From assembly GCF_042660085.1 (NCBI RefSeq), contig NZ_JBHSTI010000018.1, positions 1 through 22,537 of the forward strand: DNA of 22,537 nt, in the 5' to 3' direction. The notes beneath the pieces were generated by a model. It had not been told where the DNA came from. It was given only the letters and a program-made list of their open reading frames with translations, and searched no databases. This document shows positions 8,029-16,594 of this stretch, piece after piece. Origin of the DNA: Longivirga aurantiaca. GTDB lineage: Bacteria; Actinomycetota; Actinomycetes; S36-B12; CAIYMF01. Every line of letters starts with the position of its first letter. Within the stretch, counting starts at the first letter, position 1. Both the position numbers and the translations under genes were made by a program.

Positions 8029-9345
8029 TCAGGCGAGGGGCGTCAGGAGCTCGCGGCCGCCGAGGTACGGGCGCAGCGCCTCCGGCACGCGCACCGACCC
8101 GTCGGCCTGCTGGTGGTTCTCCAGCAGCGCGACGATCGTGCGCGTGATCGCGACGAGCGTGCCGTTGAGCGTGGCGAGGGGGCGTACGCCCTCCTCGTCG
8201 CGCATGCGGATGCGCAGTCGACGGGCCTGGAACTCCGTGCAGTTCGACGTCGACGTGACCTCGCGGTAGCGCTCCTGGCTCGGCACCCACGCCTCGATGT
8301 CGAACTTGCGCGCAGCGCTCGCTCCGAGGTCGCCGGACGCGACGTCGATGACGCGGTACGGGATCTCGAGGCTGTCCATGAACTGGCGCTCCCAGCCGAG
8401 GAGGCGCTTGTGCTCCTCGACGGCGTCCTCGGGCGCGCAGTAGGTGAACATCTCGACCTTGTCGAACCAGTGCACCCGGAAGATGCCGCGGGTGTCGCGC
8501 CCGCCGGAGCCGGCCTCGCGGCGGAAGCAGGGCGAGTAGCCGACGTACCGGCGCGGAAGGGTGTCGGCGTCGAGGATCTCGTCCGAGTGGTACGCCGCCA
8601 GCGGCACCTCGGCCGTGCCGACGAGGTACATGTCGTCCTGCTCGAGGCGGTAGACGTTCTCCGCCGCCTGGCCGAGGAAGCCGGTGCCCTCCATGGCCGC
8701 GGGCTTCACGAGCGCCGGCGGGATCATCGGGGTGAAGCCGTTGCCGCACGCGAGCGCGATCGCGTGGTTGACCAGCGCGAGCTCGAGGAGCGCGCCGACG
8801 CCGGTGAGGTAGTAGAAGCGCGAGCCGCTGACCTTGGCGCCGCGCTCGATGTCGATCGCGCCGAGCGCCTCGCCGATGTCGACATGGTCGCGGACCGTGA
8901 TGCCCTCGGCCGCGAAGTCGCGGCGTGCGCCGACCTCCTCGACGACGGTGAAGTCGTCCTCGCCGCCGACCGGCGCGTCGGAGTCGATGAGGTTGGAGAG
9001 CTGGCCGAGCAGCGTGGCGGCCTCCGCGTCTGCGGAGACACGGCGCGAGTCGGCCGCCTTCACCCGCTCGGCGAGGTCGGCGGTGCCGGCCATGGCGGCC
9101 TCGAGCTCGCCCTGGATGCCGGCGCGGTCGTCGTCCGCGGCCTTCTTCAGCCGGCCCTGGATGTGCCCGATCTGCTTGGACAGCAGGTTCTGCTCGCTGC
9201 GCAGCGCGCTGAACGTCGCCTCGGCGGCACGGCGCAGCTCGTCGGCGTCGAGGAGCTGGTCGACGATGCCCGGGTCCTCGCCACGTCGGCGCTGGCTCTC
9301 GCGCACACGGTCTGGGTCGTCTCGGAGGAGCTTGAGGTCGATCAC
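8029..9345 (-). CDS. serS: Serine--tRNA ligase
   Basis: [32 protein letters not shown]...[16 protein letters not shown]...[16 protein letters not shown]...[31 protein letters not shown]...[17 protein letters not shown]; class II aaRS motifs of SerRS. GTG start. Confidence 0.98.
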   Translation of the reverse strand: MIDLKLLRDDPDRVRESQRRRGEDPGIVDQLLDADELRRAAEATFSALRSEQNLLSKQIGHIQGRLKKAADDDRAGIQGELEAAMAGTADLAERVKAADSRRVSADAEAATLLGQLSNLIDSDAPVGGEDDFTVVEEVGARRDFAAEGITVRDHVDIGEALGAIDIERGAKVSGSRFYYLTGVGALLELALVNHAIALACGNGFTPMIPPALVKPAAMEGTGFLGQAAENVYRLEQDDMYLVGTAEVPLAAYHSDEILDADTLPRRYVGYSPCFRREAGSGGRDTRGIFRVHWFDKVEMFTYCAPEDAVEEHKRLLGWERQFMDSLEIPYRVIDVASGDLGASAARKFDIEAWVPSQERYREVTSTSNCTEFQARRLRIRMRDEEGVRPLATLNGTLVAITRTIVALLENHQQADGSVRVPEALRPYLGGRELLTPLA

Positions 9346-9420
9346 GGGGGAAGCCTACGGGGGACCGCCACGCCGAATCCCGCCCGGCCGCTCCCACCCA
9401 CACCCGTGACGCGGGTCGAT

Positions 9421-9449
9421 CCGTCGCTTCCCAGGCCCGGGAGCGACGG
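9421..9449 (-). terminator. Hairpin between the proteasome activator gene and serS, probable terminator
   Basis: CCGTCGCT (9421-9428) / AGCGACGG (9442-9449) plus inner CCC/GGG pairing. Confidence 0.6.
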
Positions 9450-9473
9450 ATTGATCAGTCTCAGCGCAGGGGG

Positions 9474-10046
9474 TCAGAGGTAGAGGCCGCTCGAGTCGCC
9501 GCGGCCGTCGCCCGGGCCCTCCGGCCCGCCGGGGCCGCCCGGTCCTGCGCCGATGGCCCGGCGCCGCATGTGCTCGATCTGCGCCTGCGCGGCCATCTGC
9601 TGGGCGAACAGCGCGGTCTGGATCCCGTGGAACAGGCCCTCGAGCCAGCCGACGAGCTGGGCCTGGGCGATGCGCAGCTCGGACTCGCTGGGGACGGAGT
9701 CGTCGGTGAAGGGGAGCGAGAGGCGCTCGAGCTCCTCGACCAGCTCGGGGGCGAGACCCGACTCGAGCTCGGTGATCGAACGGCGGTGGATGTCGCGCAG
9801 GCGGGCCCGGGAGGCCTCGTCGAGCGGCGCACCGCGCACCTCCTCGAGGAGCTGCTTGATCATGCTGCCGATCCGCATGACCTTCGCGGGCTGCTCGACG
9901 AGGTCGGCCACCGAGGTGCCGCTCTCCGCCGCCTCGGTGTCGTCCGCCGCGTCCTGGTCGAGGACGCCGATGGGCTGGCCGTCCGGCCCCACGATGACGA
10001 TGCGCTGCTCGGAGCCCGCGTCCTGCCCTGGGTTCTGCTCGGTCAT
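9474..10046 (-). CDS. bpa: Bacterial proteasome activator (Bpa/PafE family)
   Basis: MTEQNPGQDAGSEQRIVIVGPDGQPIGVLDQ...VEQPAKVMRIGSMIKQLLEEVRGAPLDEASRARLRDIHRRSITELESGLAPELVEELERLSLPF...SELRIAQAQLVGWLEGLFHGIQTALFAQQMAAQAQIEHMRR... with C-terminal ...GLYL. Confidence 0.9.
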   Translation of the reverse strand: MTEQNPGQDAGSEQRIVIVGPDGQPIGVLDQDAADDTEAAESGTSVADLVEQPAKVMRIGSMIKQLLEEVRGAPLDEASRARLRDIHRRSITELESGLAPELVEELERLSLPFTDDSVPSESELRIAQAQLVGWLEGLFHGIQTALFAQQMAAQAQIEHMRRRAIGAGPGGPGGPEGPGDGRGDSSGLYL

Positions 10047-10303
10047 GCAGCCATACAACCACCGCCCACCGCGGCACACGAGGCGAGCCCGACGACCTGC
10101 GTCCCGGTCATGGGGCGGCACCTGAATGAGCGTGCAGCGTCAGGCATGTGGTGGCGCACGATTTCGATCAGTTCACCTTCGCGTGGTTCCATATCTGCGC
10201 ACGGCGCGCCAGCAGGGCGCGCACCGGCGTTTCACCGTGAGGGGTGAGAGCACCGGACCCCCCAGGGCACCGGGCTGCGCGATCGTCCAGAAGGAGACGA
10301 CAC

Positions 10304-10813
10304 GTGGACTACAACTGGCTGTCCCCCGGGGCGGAAGCCCGTCCTGTCGGTGCCAAGGGTTGGGGATCGTTCGCGACCACGCGGATCCCCGCGGGCACGA
10401 CGGTTGCCGGTTTCGGCGGGTGGGTCGTGACGCGCGAGACGCTCGCGACGTTCAGCGAGGACCGGCAGGGCCGCTCGATCCAGATCGACGAGGACCTCTA
10501 CCTCGTCTCGGACGACACCCCCGAGCCCGGAGACATGCTCAACCACTCGTGCGAGCCGTCGTGCGGCCTCGTCGGCGCGACCGTGCTCGTGGCCATGCGC
10601 GACATCGAGGTCGGCGACGAGCTCACCTTCGACTACGCGACCTGCGACTCCAGCGACTACGACGAGTTCGAGTGCCTGTGCGGCGAGCCCACCTGCCGGG
10701 GGGTCGTCACGGGCCTCGACTGGACCAAGCCCGAGCTGCAGGCCAAGTACGACGGCTGGTTCTCCCCCTACCTCGCACGCCGCATCGCCGCCCTCCCCGC
10801 CTCCACCCGCTAG
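10304..10813 (+). CDS. SET-domain protein (putative protein lysine methyltransferase)
   Basis: GTG start after AAGGAG; KGWGSFATTRIPAGTTV, GDMLNHSCEPSC, VGDELTFDYATCD, FECLCGEPTCRG: SET core motifs plus a post-SET-like Cys motif. Confidence 0.87.
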   Translation: MDYNWLSPGAEARPVGAKGWGSFATTRIPAGTTVAGFGGWVVTRETLATFSEDRQGRSIQIDEDLYLVSDDTPEPGDMLNHSCEPSCGLVGATVLVAMRDIEVGDELTFDYATCDSSDYDEFECLCGEPTCRGVVTGLDWTKPELQAKYDGWFSPYLARRIAALPASTR

Positions 10814-10842
10814 GGCTGACGTCTCCCGCTCAGGACGGATAC

Positions 10843-10857
10843 CGCCCCTGAGGGGCG
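10843..10857 (+). terminator. Short GC-rich hairpin after the SET gene
   Basis: CGCCCC/GGGGCG with TGA loop, about 30 bp after the stop. Confidence 0.35.
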
Positions 10858-10930
10858 CCGCTGTCCTTCCCTGCGCCGTACCCCTCGACCGAATCGCGCG
10901 CGACAGCGGCGCAGTGCTCCGGGCAGGCTC

Positions 10931-11932
10931 GTGGACGTGGACACGGGCCAGCACGACGGGCGCTCCGCGGCCGCGCCGGTGATCCGGCCGCTGCGGTGGG
11001 ACGGTCGTACGCCGCACCCGGCCGACATCGCCGCCGTCCACGACGTCTACACGCGCTACGAGCGCTCCCGCATCGGGACGGTCGACGCGTCGGAGGCTGA
11101 CACCCGCTACTACTTCGAGCTCGCCCACGTCGACCGGGAGGAGACATGCCTGCTCGACGTCTCCGGCCTGCCGGTGGGGTCGGTGTACGTCAAGGTCGAC
11201 CCGTCGGTCCGGGACGTGTACGCCGACATCGCGGTCGTCCCAGGGCCGCACGAGCCCGATGCACTCGCGGCCGCGCTCGCGCACGCGCTCACCGCGTCGC
11301 GCCGGATCGTCGCCCGGGCGGGCGAGCCTGGGTGGACCCTGAGGGTGGCGTGCTGGAGCCCGGACTCCGCCCTCTCGTCGCTGCTCGCCGCGGCGGGCCT
11401 CGTGCACGTGCGCAGCTTCTACCGCATGCGGATCGATTCGTCGTCCCCCTCGATCCCCTCTGTCGCACCGGAGCTGCCGCCCGGTGTGGAGATCGTCGTG
11501 CGCGACGACGAGCCCACCCGGCGGGCGATCTGGAAGGTCGACAACGACGCGTTCCTCGACCACTGGAACTTCGCCCCTGTGCCGTACGACGAGTGGTGGG
11601 ACGACCTGGGCACCGGCGATTCACGCGACCGCGACGGCTGGTGGCTGCTGACCGTCGACGGCGAGCCCGCGGCGATCTGCCTGCTGGACGAGCGTCGGGC
11701 CGAGATGAACGAGGGGTACGTCGGCATCCTGGGCGTGCGCCGCGAGTACCGACGGCGCGGGCTCGCCTCGCTCCTGCTGCAGCGCGCGTTCGTGCGATAC
11801 CGGGACATGGGCCGCACCTCGACGCTCCTGTCGGTCGACGCCCAGAGCCTCACCAGTGCTGTGGGCGTGTACGAGCGGGTCGGCATGCGGGTCGAGCACG
11901 TGCGGAACGGCTGGGCCCTCGAGCTGTCGTGA
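10931..11932 (+). CDS. GNAT family N-acetyltransferase, mycothiol-synthase-like two-domain architecture
   Basis: ...SFYRMRIDSSS...FLDHWNFAPVPYDEWW...GWWLLTVDGEPAAICLLDERRAEMNEGYVGILGVRREYRRRGLASLLLQRAFVRYRDMGRTSTLLSVDAQSLTSAVGVYERVGMRVEH. Confidence 0.85.
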   Translation: MDVDTGQHDGRSAAAPVIRPLRWDGRTPHPADIAAVHDVYTRYERSRIGTVDASEADTRYYFELAHVDREETCLLDVSGLPVGSVYVKVDPSVRDVYADIAVVPGPHEPDALAAALAHALTASRRIVARAGEPGWTLRVACWSPDSALSSLLAAAGLVHVRSFYRMRIDSSSPSIPSVAPELPPGVEIVVRDDEPTRRAIWKVDNDAFLDHWNFAPVPYDEWWDDLGTGDSRDRDGWWLLTVDGEPAAICLLDERRAEMNEGYVGILGVRREYRRRGLASLLLQRAFVRYRDMGRTSTLLSVDAQSLTSAVGVYERVGMRVEHVRNGWALELS

Positions 11933-13116
11933 CACATCGGCCGACCCGGCGGGCCGAAACGCGGGCGACACGACGGGTGCCCCGCGGGCAGGCTCCCTGT
12001 GTGGACGACCCGACCGTGACCGACCCGACCGTGGACGACCCGACCGTGACCGACCCGACCGTGGACGACCCGACCGTGGACGACCCGACCGTGGACGACC
12101 CGACCGTGACCGACCCGACCGACGCCCTCGACCTTCTGCGCGCGGACCTCCCGGCGCACCTGACCGTGCGGCTGCCGAGGTATGTCGACGGCGTCGTCGA
12201 CCCGGACGATCTCGACGCCGCCGAGGCGCTCATCGCCCGCTGCGACGTCGCGGCCGTCGGCGAGCGCGACTCCGGTCGCGAGGAGGTGGCCGGGATGTTC
12301 TCCTCGGCGTCCACCGACCGCGAGCACTCTGCGTTCGTGCTCGACGGCGACGACCTCGTCGGCTACCTCTGGATCGAGCAGGACCCGACCGCCGCCGAGA
12401 CGTGGGTCGACGTGTACGCCGACCCCGAGCGCTGCACCCGCGGGATCGTCACGGCCGGCCTGAGTCACGGGCTCCGCGTGGGGCGCGCGACGCACGCGGC
12501 CACCGCGCCCGACCGTGCCTGGACCGTGCGCAGCGGCTGCTTCGGCACCGACACCGTCCTCGTGGAGGGGTTGCAGGCCGCGGGCTTCGAGTGCGTACGG
12601 CGCTTCTACCGGATGCGCATCGACCTCGCGACGGCGTCGCTGCCCGACGTCGCACCGCCGCTGCCCGACGGCGCGGTGCTGGTGAACGCGCGCACCGACG
12701 TCGAGCGACGACGCCTGTACGCCGTGCAGCAGGAGTCGTTCGCCGACCACTGGAACCACACCGCGCGGTCCTACGAGGAGTACCTCGAGCGCCTCGACGA
12801 CAACTCCAGCGACGACCCGGACGGCTGGTGGCTGCTCGAGGTCGACGGCGTCCCCGCGGCGGTCTGCCTCCTCGACGAGAGCCGCGCCGACCTCGGCGAC
12901 GGCTACGTGCGCACCCTCGGGGTCGGCCGCGACTTCCGCGGGCGCGGCCTCGCGCAGCTGCTGCTCATCCGCGCGTTCCTCCACTACCGCGACCGGGGCC
13001 GGTCCGGCGTGCAGCTCGGCGTCGACAGCACGAGCCCGACCGGTGCCGACAAGCTCTACCGCAGGGTCGGCATGACCGTCACCCGCGAGATCGACGCCTG
13101 GTCCCACCCGCTCTAG
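11929..13116 (+). CDS. GNAT family N-acetyltransferase, tandem paralog of the upstream gene; start uncertain
   Basis: ...RRFYRMRIDLATASLPDVAPPLPDGAVL...FADHWNHTARSYEEYLERL...GWWLLEVDGVPAAVCLLDESRADLGDGYVRTLGVGRDFRGRGLAQLLLIRAFLHYRDRGRSGVQLGVDSTSPTGADKLYRRVGMTV. The GTG at 11929 overlaps the upstream TGA; any of the 8 in-frame GTGs from 12001 is also possible. Confidence 0.82.
   Translation: MTHRPTRRAETRATRRVPRGQAPCVDDPTVTDPTVDDPTVTDPTVDDPTVDDPTVDDPTVTDPTDALDLLRADLPAHLTVRLPRYVDGVVDPDDLDAAEALIARCDVAAVGERDSGREEVAGMFSSASTDREHSAFVLDGDDLVGYLWIEQDPTAAETWVDVYADPERCTRGIVTAGLSHGLRVGRATHAATAPDRAWTVRSGCFGTDTVLVEGLQAAGFECVRRFYRMRIDLATASLPDVAPPLPDGAVLVNARTDVERRRLYAVQQESFADHWNHTARSYEEYLERLDDNSSDDPDGWWLLEVDGVPAAVCLLDESRADLGDGYVRTLGVGRDFRGRGLAQLLLIRAFLHYRDRGRSGVQLGVDSTSPTGADKLYRRVGMTVTREIDAWSHPL
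12001..12120 (+). repeat. 15-bp x 8 in-frame tandem repeat encoding (V-D/T-DPT)8
   Basis: Units GTGGACGACCCGACC (A) and GTGACCGACCCGACC (B) in order A B A B A A A B with no interruptions. Confidence 0.97.
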
Positions 13117-13145
13117 CCCAGCTGCACCTCTCCGCCCTGAGGGTC

Positions 13146-13189
13146 GATCACGGCAGTTGAACTGCACTTCCTGACCCCTAGTCGTGATC
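13146..13189. terminator. Nested hairpin in a convergent intergenic region, possible bidirectional terminator
   Basis: GATCACG (13146-13152) ... CGTGATC (13183-13189) enclosing GCAGTT-G-AACTGC (13153-13165). Confidence 0.5.
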
Positions 13190-13213
13190 TTGAGCGGTCG
13201 AGACGGGTGGGCC

Positions 13214-14191
13214 TCAGACAGCGAGCAGGACCTTGCCGACGTGCTCGCTCGCCTCGACCACGCGGTGCGCCTCGGCGGCGTCGCGCAGGGGAATCACGCG
13301 GTCGGTCACGGTCGAGATCGCGCCGCTCTCCACGAGCGGCCAGGCCTCGGCAGCCACGCGGGCGCAGATCGCAGCCTTCTCCGACGCCGGACGCGCCCGC
13401 AGCGTCGTCGCGCGCAGCTGCCCCCGCTTGCCCATGAGCACGCCGAGGTTGATCTCCCCCGTCGTGCCGCCCTGCATGCCGATCACCTGGATGCGGCCGC
13501 CGGTCGCGAGCACGTCGACGTTGCGCTGGAGGTACGCCGCCCCCATGACGTCGAGCACGACGTCCGCACCACGGCCTTCGGTCGCGGCCTTCACCGCTTC
13601 CACGAAGTCCTGCTCGCGGTAGTTCACCAGGATGTCGGCGCCGAGCTCGCGGCAGCGCTCGAGCTTGTCGGCCGACCCGGCCGTCACCGCCACGCGCGCG
13701 CCGAGCGCCGCGGCCGCCTGGATCGCGAACGTGCCGATGCCGCCGGCGCCGCCGTGCACGAGCAGCACGTCGCCGGCGCTGAGACCGGCGTCCATCACGA
13801 CGTTCGACCACACCGTGCACGCCACCTCGGCGAGCCCGGCGGCATCGAGCAGCGGGACCCCGCGCGGCACGGGCATCAGCTGACCGGCCGGTACGGCGAC
13901 GAGCTCGGCATAGCCCCCGCCCGCGAGCAGCGCCGTCACCTCGTCGCCCACCGACCAGCCGCCGACCCCGTCGCCGAGGGCAGCGATCACGCCGCTGCAC
14001 TCGAGCCCCGGGTACGCCGATGCGCCACGTGGAGGCGGGTAGAAGCCTTGGCGCTGAAGCAGATCCGCCCGGTTGACGGCCGAGGCGGTGACGCGCACGA
14101 GCACCTCCCCGGGCCCGGCGACGGCGTCCGGCACCTCCTGCCAGCGCAGCACGTCCGGCCCACCTGGCTCGGTGATCACGACGGCGTGCAT
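13214..14191 (-). CDS. NAD(P)H quinone oxidoreductase, PIG3-type zinc-independent MDR family
   Basis: MHAVVITEPGGPDVLRWQEVPDAVAGPGEVLVRVTASAVNRADLLQRQGFYPPPRGASAYPGLECSGVI...VLVHGGAGGIGTFAIQAAAALGARVAVTAGSADKL. Confidence 0.93.
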   Translation of the reverse strand: MHAVVITEPGGPDVLRWQEVPDAVAGPGEVLVRVTASAVNRADLLQRQGFYPPPRGASAYPGLECSGVIAALGDGVGGWSVGDEVTALLAGGGYAELVAVPAGQLMPVPRGVPLLDAAGLAEVACTVWSNVVMDAGLSAGDVLLVHGGAGGIGTFAIQAAAALGARVAVTAGSADKLERCRELGADILVNYREQDFVEAVKAATEGRGADVVLDVMGAAYLQRNVDVLATGGRIQVIGMQGGTTGEINLGVLMGKRGQLRATTLRARPASEKAAICARVAAEAWPLVESGAISTVTDRVIPLRDAAEAHRVVEASEHVGKVLLAV

Positions 14192-14192
14192 G

Positions 14193-15233
14193 TCAGTAGG
14201 CCGTGCCGTGGGTGGGGTGCGAGTCGGTGCCCGACGATCGGATGACGACGACGCGGTCGCCCTTCTGCAGAAGGGTCACCACGCCCTCGTCGAACCGGTG
14301 CACTGCACCGTCGCGTACGACGGCGAGCACCACCACGCCATGTGCCAGCAGCGACTGCGGTGGCACGCCGAGCTCGGCCGGCGTGATGGCGCGCTCGATG
14401 ATCTCGAGGCCGCGCACAGGCTCGAGCAGGTCCTCCACGATCTGACCGGCCACCGGCGACGCGAGCGACAGGCCGAGCAGGCGCCCCGCCGACTCCGCCG
14501 TCGGGATGACGATGCTCGCGCCGCTCTGCCGGAGCACGGTGATGTTCTGGCTCTCGCGGGCCGAGGCGACGATCGTGGCGGCGGGGGTCAGGCGCCGTGC
14601 CGTCAGCACGACGAGAACGGAGGTGTCGTCGCGGTCGGTCGCGACGACGACCCGCGCGGCCTTCGCGACCTCGGCCGCGGCGAGCACCTCCTCGCGGGTG
14701 GCGTCGCCGACGACCCCCACGCAGCCGAGCGCGGTGGCCTCGTCGACGGCCTGGCGCGTCCGGTCGACGACCACGATCTCTGCGGCCGGCGTCCCCTGGT
14801 CGAGCACCGCCTGCACTGCGCTGCGTCCGGTGACGCCGAACCCGACCACGACGGTGTGTGCGTTCACGCGCTGCCTCCAGCGGTTGGCACGGAAGTCGTC
14901 ACGGCTGCGCTGGGTGAGCACCTCGACGGTCGTGCCCACGAGCACGATGAGGAAGAGGAAGCGCAGCGGCGTGATGACGAGGGTGTTGGTGAGCCGGGCG
15001 ACGTCGGAGTACGGCGTGATGTCGCCGTACCCGGTCGTGGAGAGCGACACGGTCGCGTAGTAGAACGCGTCGAGCCAGCCGATCGGCTCCTCGGTGACGT
15101 CCCGGTAGCCGTCGCGCTCGAGGTAGACGATGACCGCGGTGATCACGAGGCACGCCGCCGCGATGCCGACGCGGGCGAGGATGGACGCGAGCGGGCTCAG
15201 CCTCCGCGCAGGCAGCCGCAGCACCGACGTCAC
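14193..15233 (-). CDS. Potassium channel with cytoplasmic TrkA-N/RCK domain
   Basis: TM helix, pore LSTTGYGDITPYSDVARL, second TM, then VVVGFGVTGRSAVQAVLDQG...VVGDATREEVLAAAEVAKAARVVVATDRDDTSVL. Confidence 0.93.
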   Translation of the reverse strand: MTSVLRLPARRLSPLASILARVGIAAACLVITAVIVYLERDGYRDVTEEPIGWLDAFYYATVSLSTTGYGDITPYSDVARLTNTLVITPLRFLFLIVLVGTTVEVLTQRSRDDFRANRWRQRVNAHTVVVGFGVTGRSAVQAVLDQGTPAAEIVVVDRTRQAVDEATALGCVGVVGDATREEVLAAAEVAKAARVVVATDRDDTSVLVVLTARRLTPAATIVASARESQNITVLRQSGASIVIPTAESAGRLLGLSLASPVAGQIVEDLLEPVRGLEIIERAITPAELGVPPQSLLAHGVVVLAVVRDGAVHRFDEGVVTLLQKGDRVVVIRSSGTDSHPTHGTAY

Positions 15234-15249
15234 GCGCCGAACCTTTCCA

Positions 15250-15268
15250 GATGAAGGCGACCTTCATC
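15250..15268 (-). terminator. Small hairpin downstream of the MoeA-like gene
   Basis: GATGAAGG-CGA-CCTTCATC; same arms as the core of the hairpin at 5679-5709. Confidence 0.45.
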
Positions 15269-15342
15269 CCATAGAGCCGTACGAACCGGCCCATCATCCC
15301 GGGAGCTCTCCCCAGGCGACGTCGGGCGACGGACTGAACCCG

Positions 15343-16521
15343 TCACGGCAGGGGCAGCACGAGTACGCCGGTGCCGCGCGCGCCCGCGCCGTGCGCCACC
15401 ACCGCGAGGCCGTCCGCGAGCGCGATCCCCCGCAGCGCGGCCGGGCCGTCGTGCGGCAGCGGAGTGGCCGACGGCACCAGCGACGTACGCCGACGCTGCA
15501 CCGGCACCAGCCGCACCCAGCCCTCGGAATCCACGAGACCGGGCGGCACGTCGGCCGCGAGCACGCACTCCTCGGTGCGCGACTCGTCCGCGCCGAGCTC
15601 GCCGCGCAGCACCGCCAGCAGCGGCACCAGCAGCGTCAGCACACCGGCCACCGCTCCTAGCGGCGCCTCGGGCAGCGACACCACGCGCCGCCCGTCCGGC
15701 AGCACCGCGAGGCTGCTCGCGGTTCCCGGTCGTACGGCGACCCCGTCGACCACCCACCGGCCGGAGAGCCGGGCCACGGCGCGGTGGACGTCGTCGGACG
15801 TCGAGGTCGCGCCCGTCACCACGATCACGTCGCTGTTGGCGTCGTCGATCGTGTCGACCAGCTCGTCGAGGCCGCCGAGCACGCGCACCGGCGGGAAGGC
15901 GCGCCCACCGGCCCAGGCGATCCAGCCGGGCAGCATCGGCCCGAGCGCGTCGCGGCCCTTCTCCGGTACGACGATGGCGACGTCGGGCGGTCGTACGACG
16001 GGCAGCGTGTCGAGGCCGGCCGCCGCAGCGAGAGCCGTGACCGCGGGTGTCACGACCCCGCCGGCCTGCAGCAGCATCTCGCCCGCCGCAGCCTCCTCGC
16101 CGCGCGGCCGCACGTCGCTGCCGGGCTCGACGTAGCCCGCATGCGGCGCGAGCCGTCCAGACGCCGGGTCGCCCACGTGCAGGCGGCCGGTGCGGCCCTC
16201 GTCGAGCACGAGCGCGTGGTCGGCGCGCAGCACGGAGTCGGCACCGAAGGGCAGCACGCCGCCCGCCGACACCTCGACCGCGCAGCCGTCCCCGAGGTGG
16301 TCGACCGGGCCGGGTACGACGTCCCACGGGCCCGGGCCGCTCACAGCCCAGCCGTCGACGTGGGCGGCGTCGGCCGGGGGGAGCGCGGTCGTGGCGACCA
16401 GCGGCTCTGCGAGCACGGCGCCGACCGCGGCCGCGAGCGGCACCGAGACGACGGGCAGCGAGTCGGCCGCCTCGCGCGCAGCACGCCGCGCGACGCTCCA
16501 GCTCACCAGCCCGTCGGTCAT
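15343..16521 (-). CDS. Divergent MoeA-like (molybdopterin molybdotransferase-like) protein
   Basis: MTDGLVSWSVARRAAREAADSLPVVSVPLAAAVGAVLAEPLVATTALPPADAAHVDGWAVSG...VEPGSDVRPRGEEAAAGEMLLQAG...VVTGATSTSDDVH...VSLPEAPLGAVAG; follows MoeA order but with altered signature motifs. Confidence 0.8.
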   Translation of the reverse strand: MTDGLVSWSVARRAAREAADSLPVVSVPLAAAVGAVLAEPLVATTALPPADAAHVDGWAVSGPGPWDVVPGPVDHLGDGCAVEVSAGGVLPFGADSVLRADHALVLDEGRTGRLHVGDPASGRLAPHAGYVEPGSDVRPRGEEAAAGEMLLQAGGVVTPAVTALAAAAGLDTLPVVRPPDVAIVVPEKGRDALGPMLPGWIAWAGGRAFPPVRVLGGLDELVDTIDDANSDVIVVTGATSTSDDVHRAVARLSGRWVVDGVAVRPGTASSLAVLPDGRRVVSLPEAPLGAVAGVLTLLVPLLAVLRGELGADESRTEECVLAADVPPGLVDSEGWVRLVPVQRRRTSLVPSATPLPHDGPAALRGIALADGLAVVAHGAGARGTGVLVLPLP

Positions 16522-16594
16522 GCCCTGATCCTCCCGCGTGCGCCGTACGCCGCACGTGCGCGACGCGCGCCGTACGCCTCCGACACCCAGAACG

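Noticed and set aside
9346-9473. Possible T-box or other leader upstream of serS
   Set aside because: No T-box sequence recognised; the main structure fits a terminator of the upstream bpa gene.
12001-12120. Repeat array considered as CRISPR
   Set aside because: Contiguous 15-bp units with no spacers, in coding frame.
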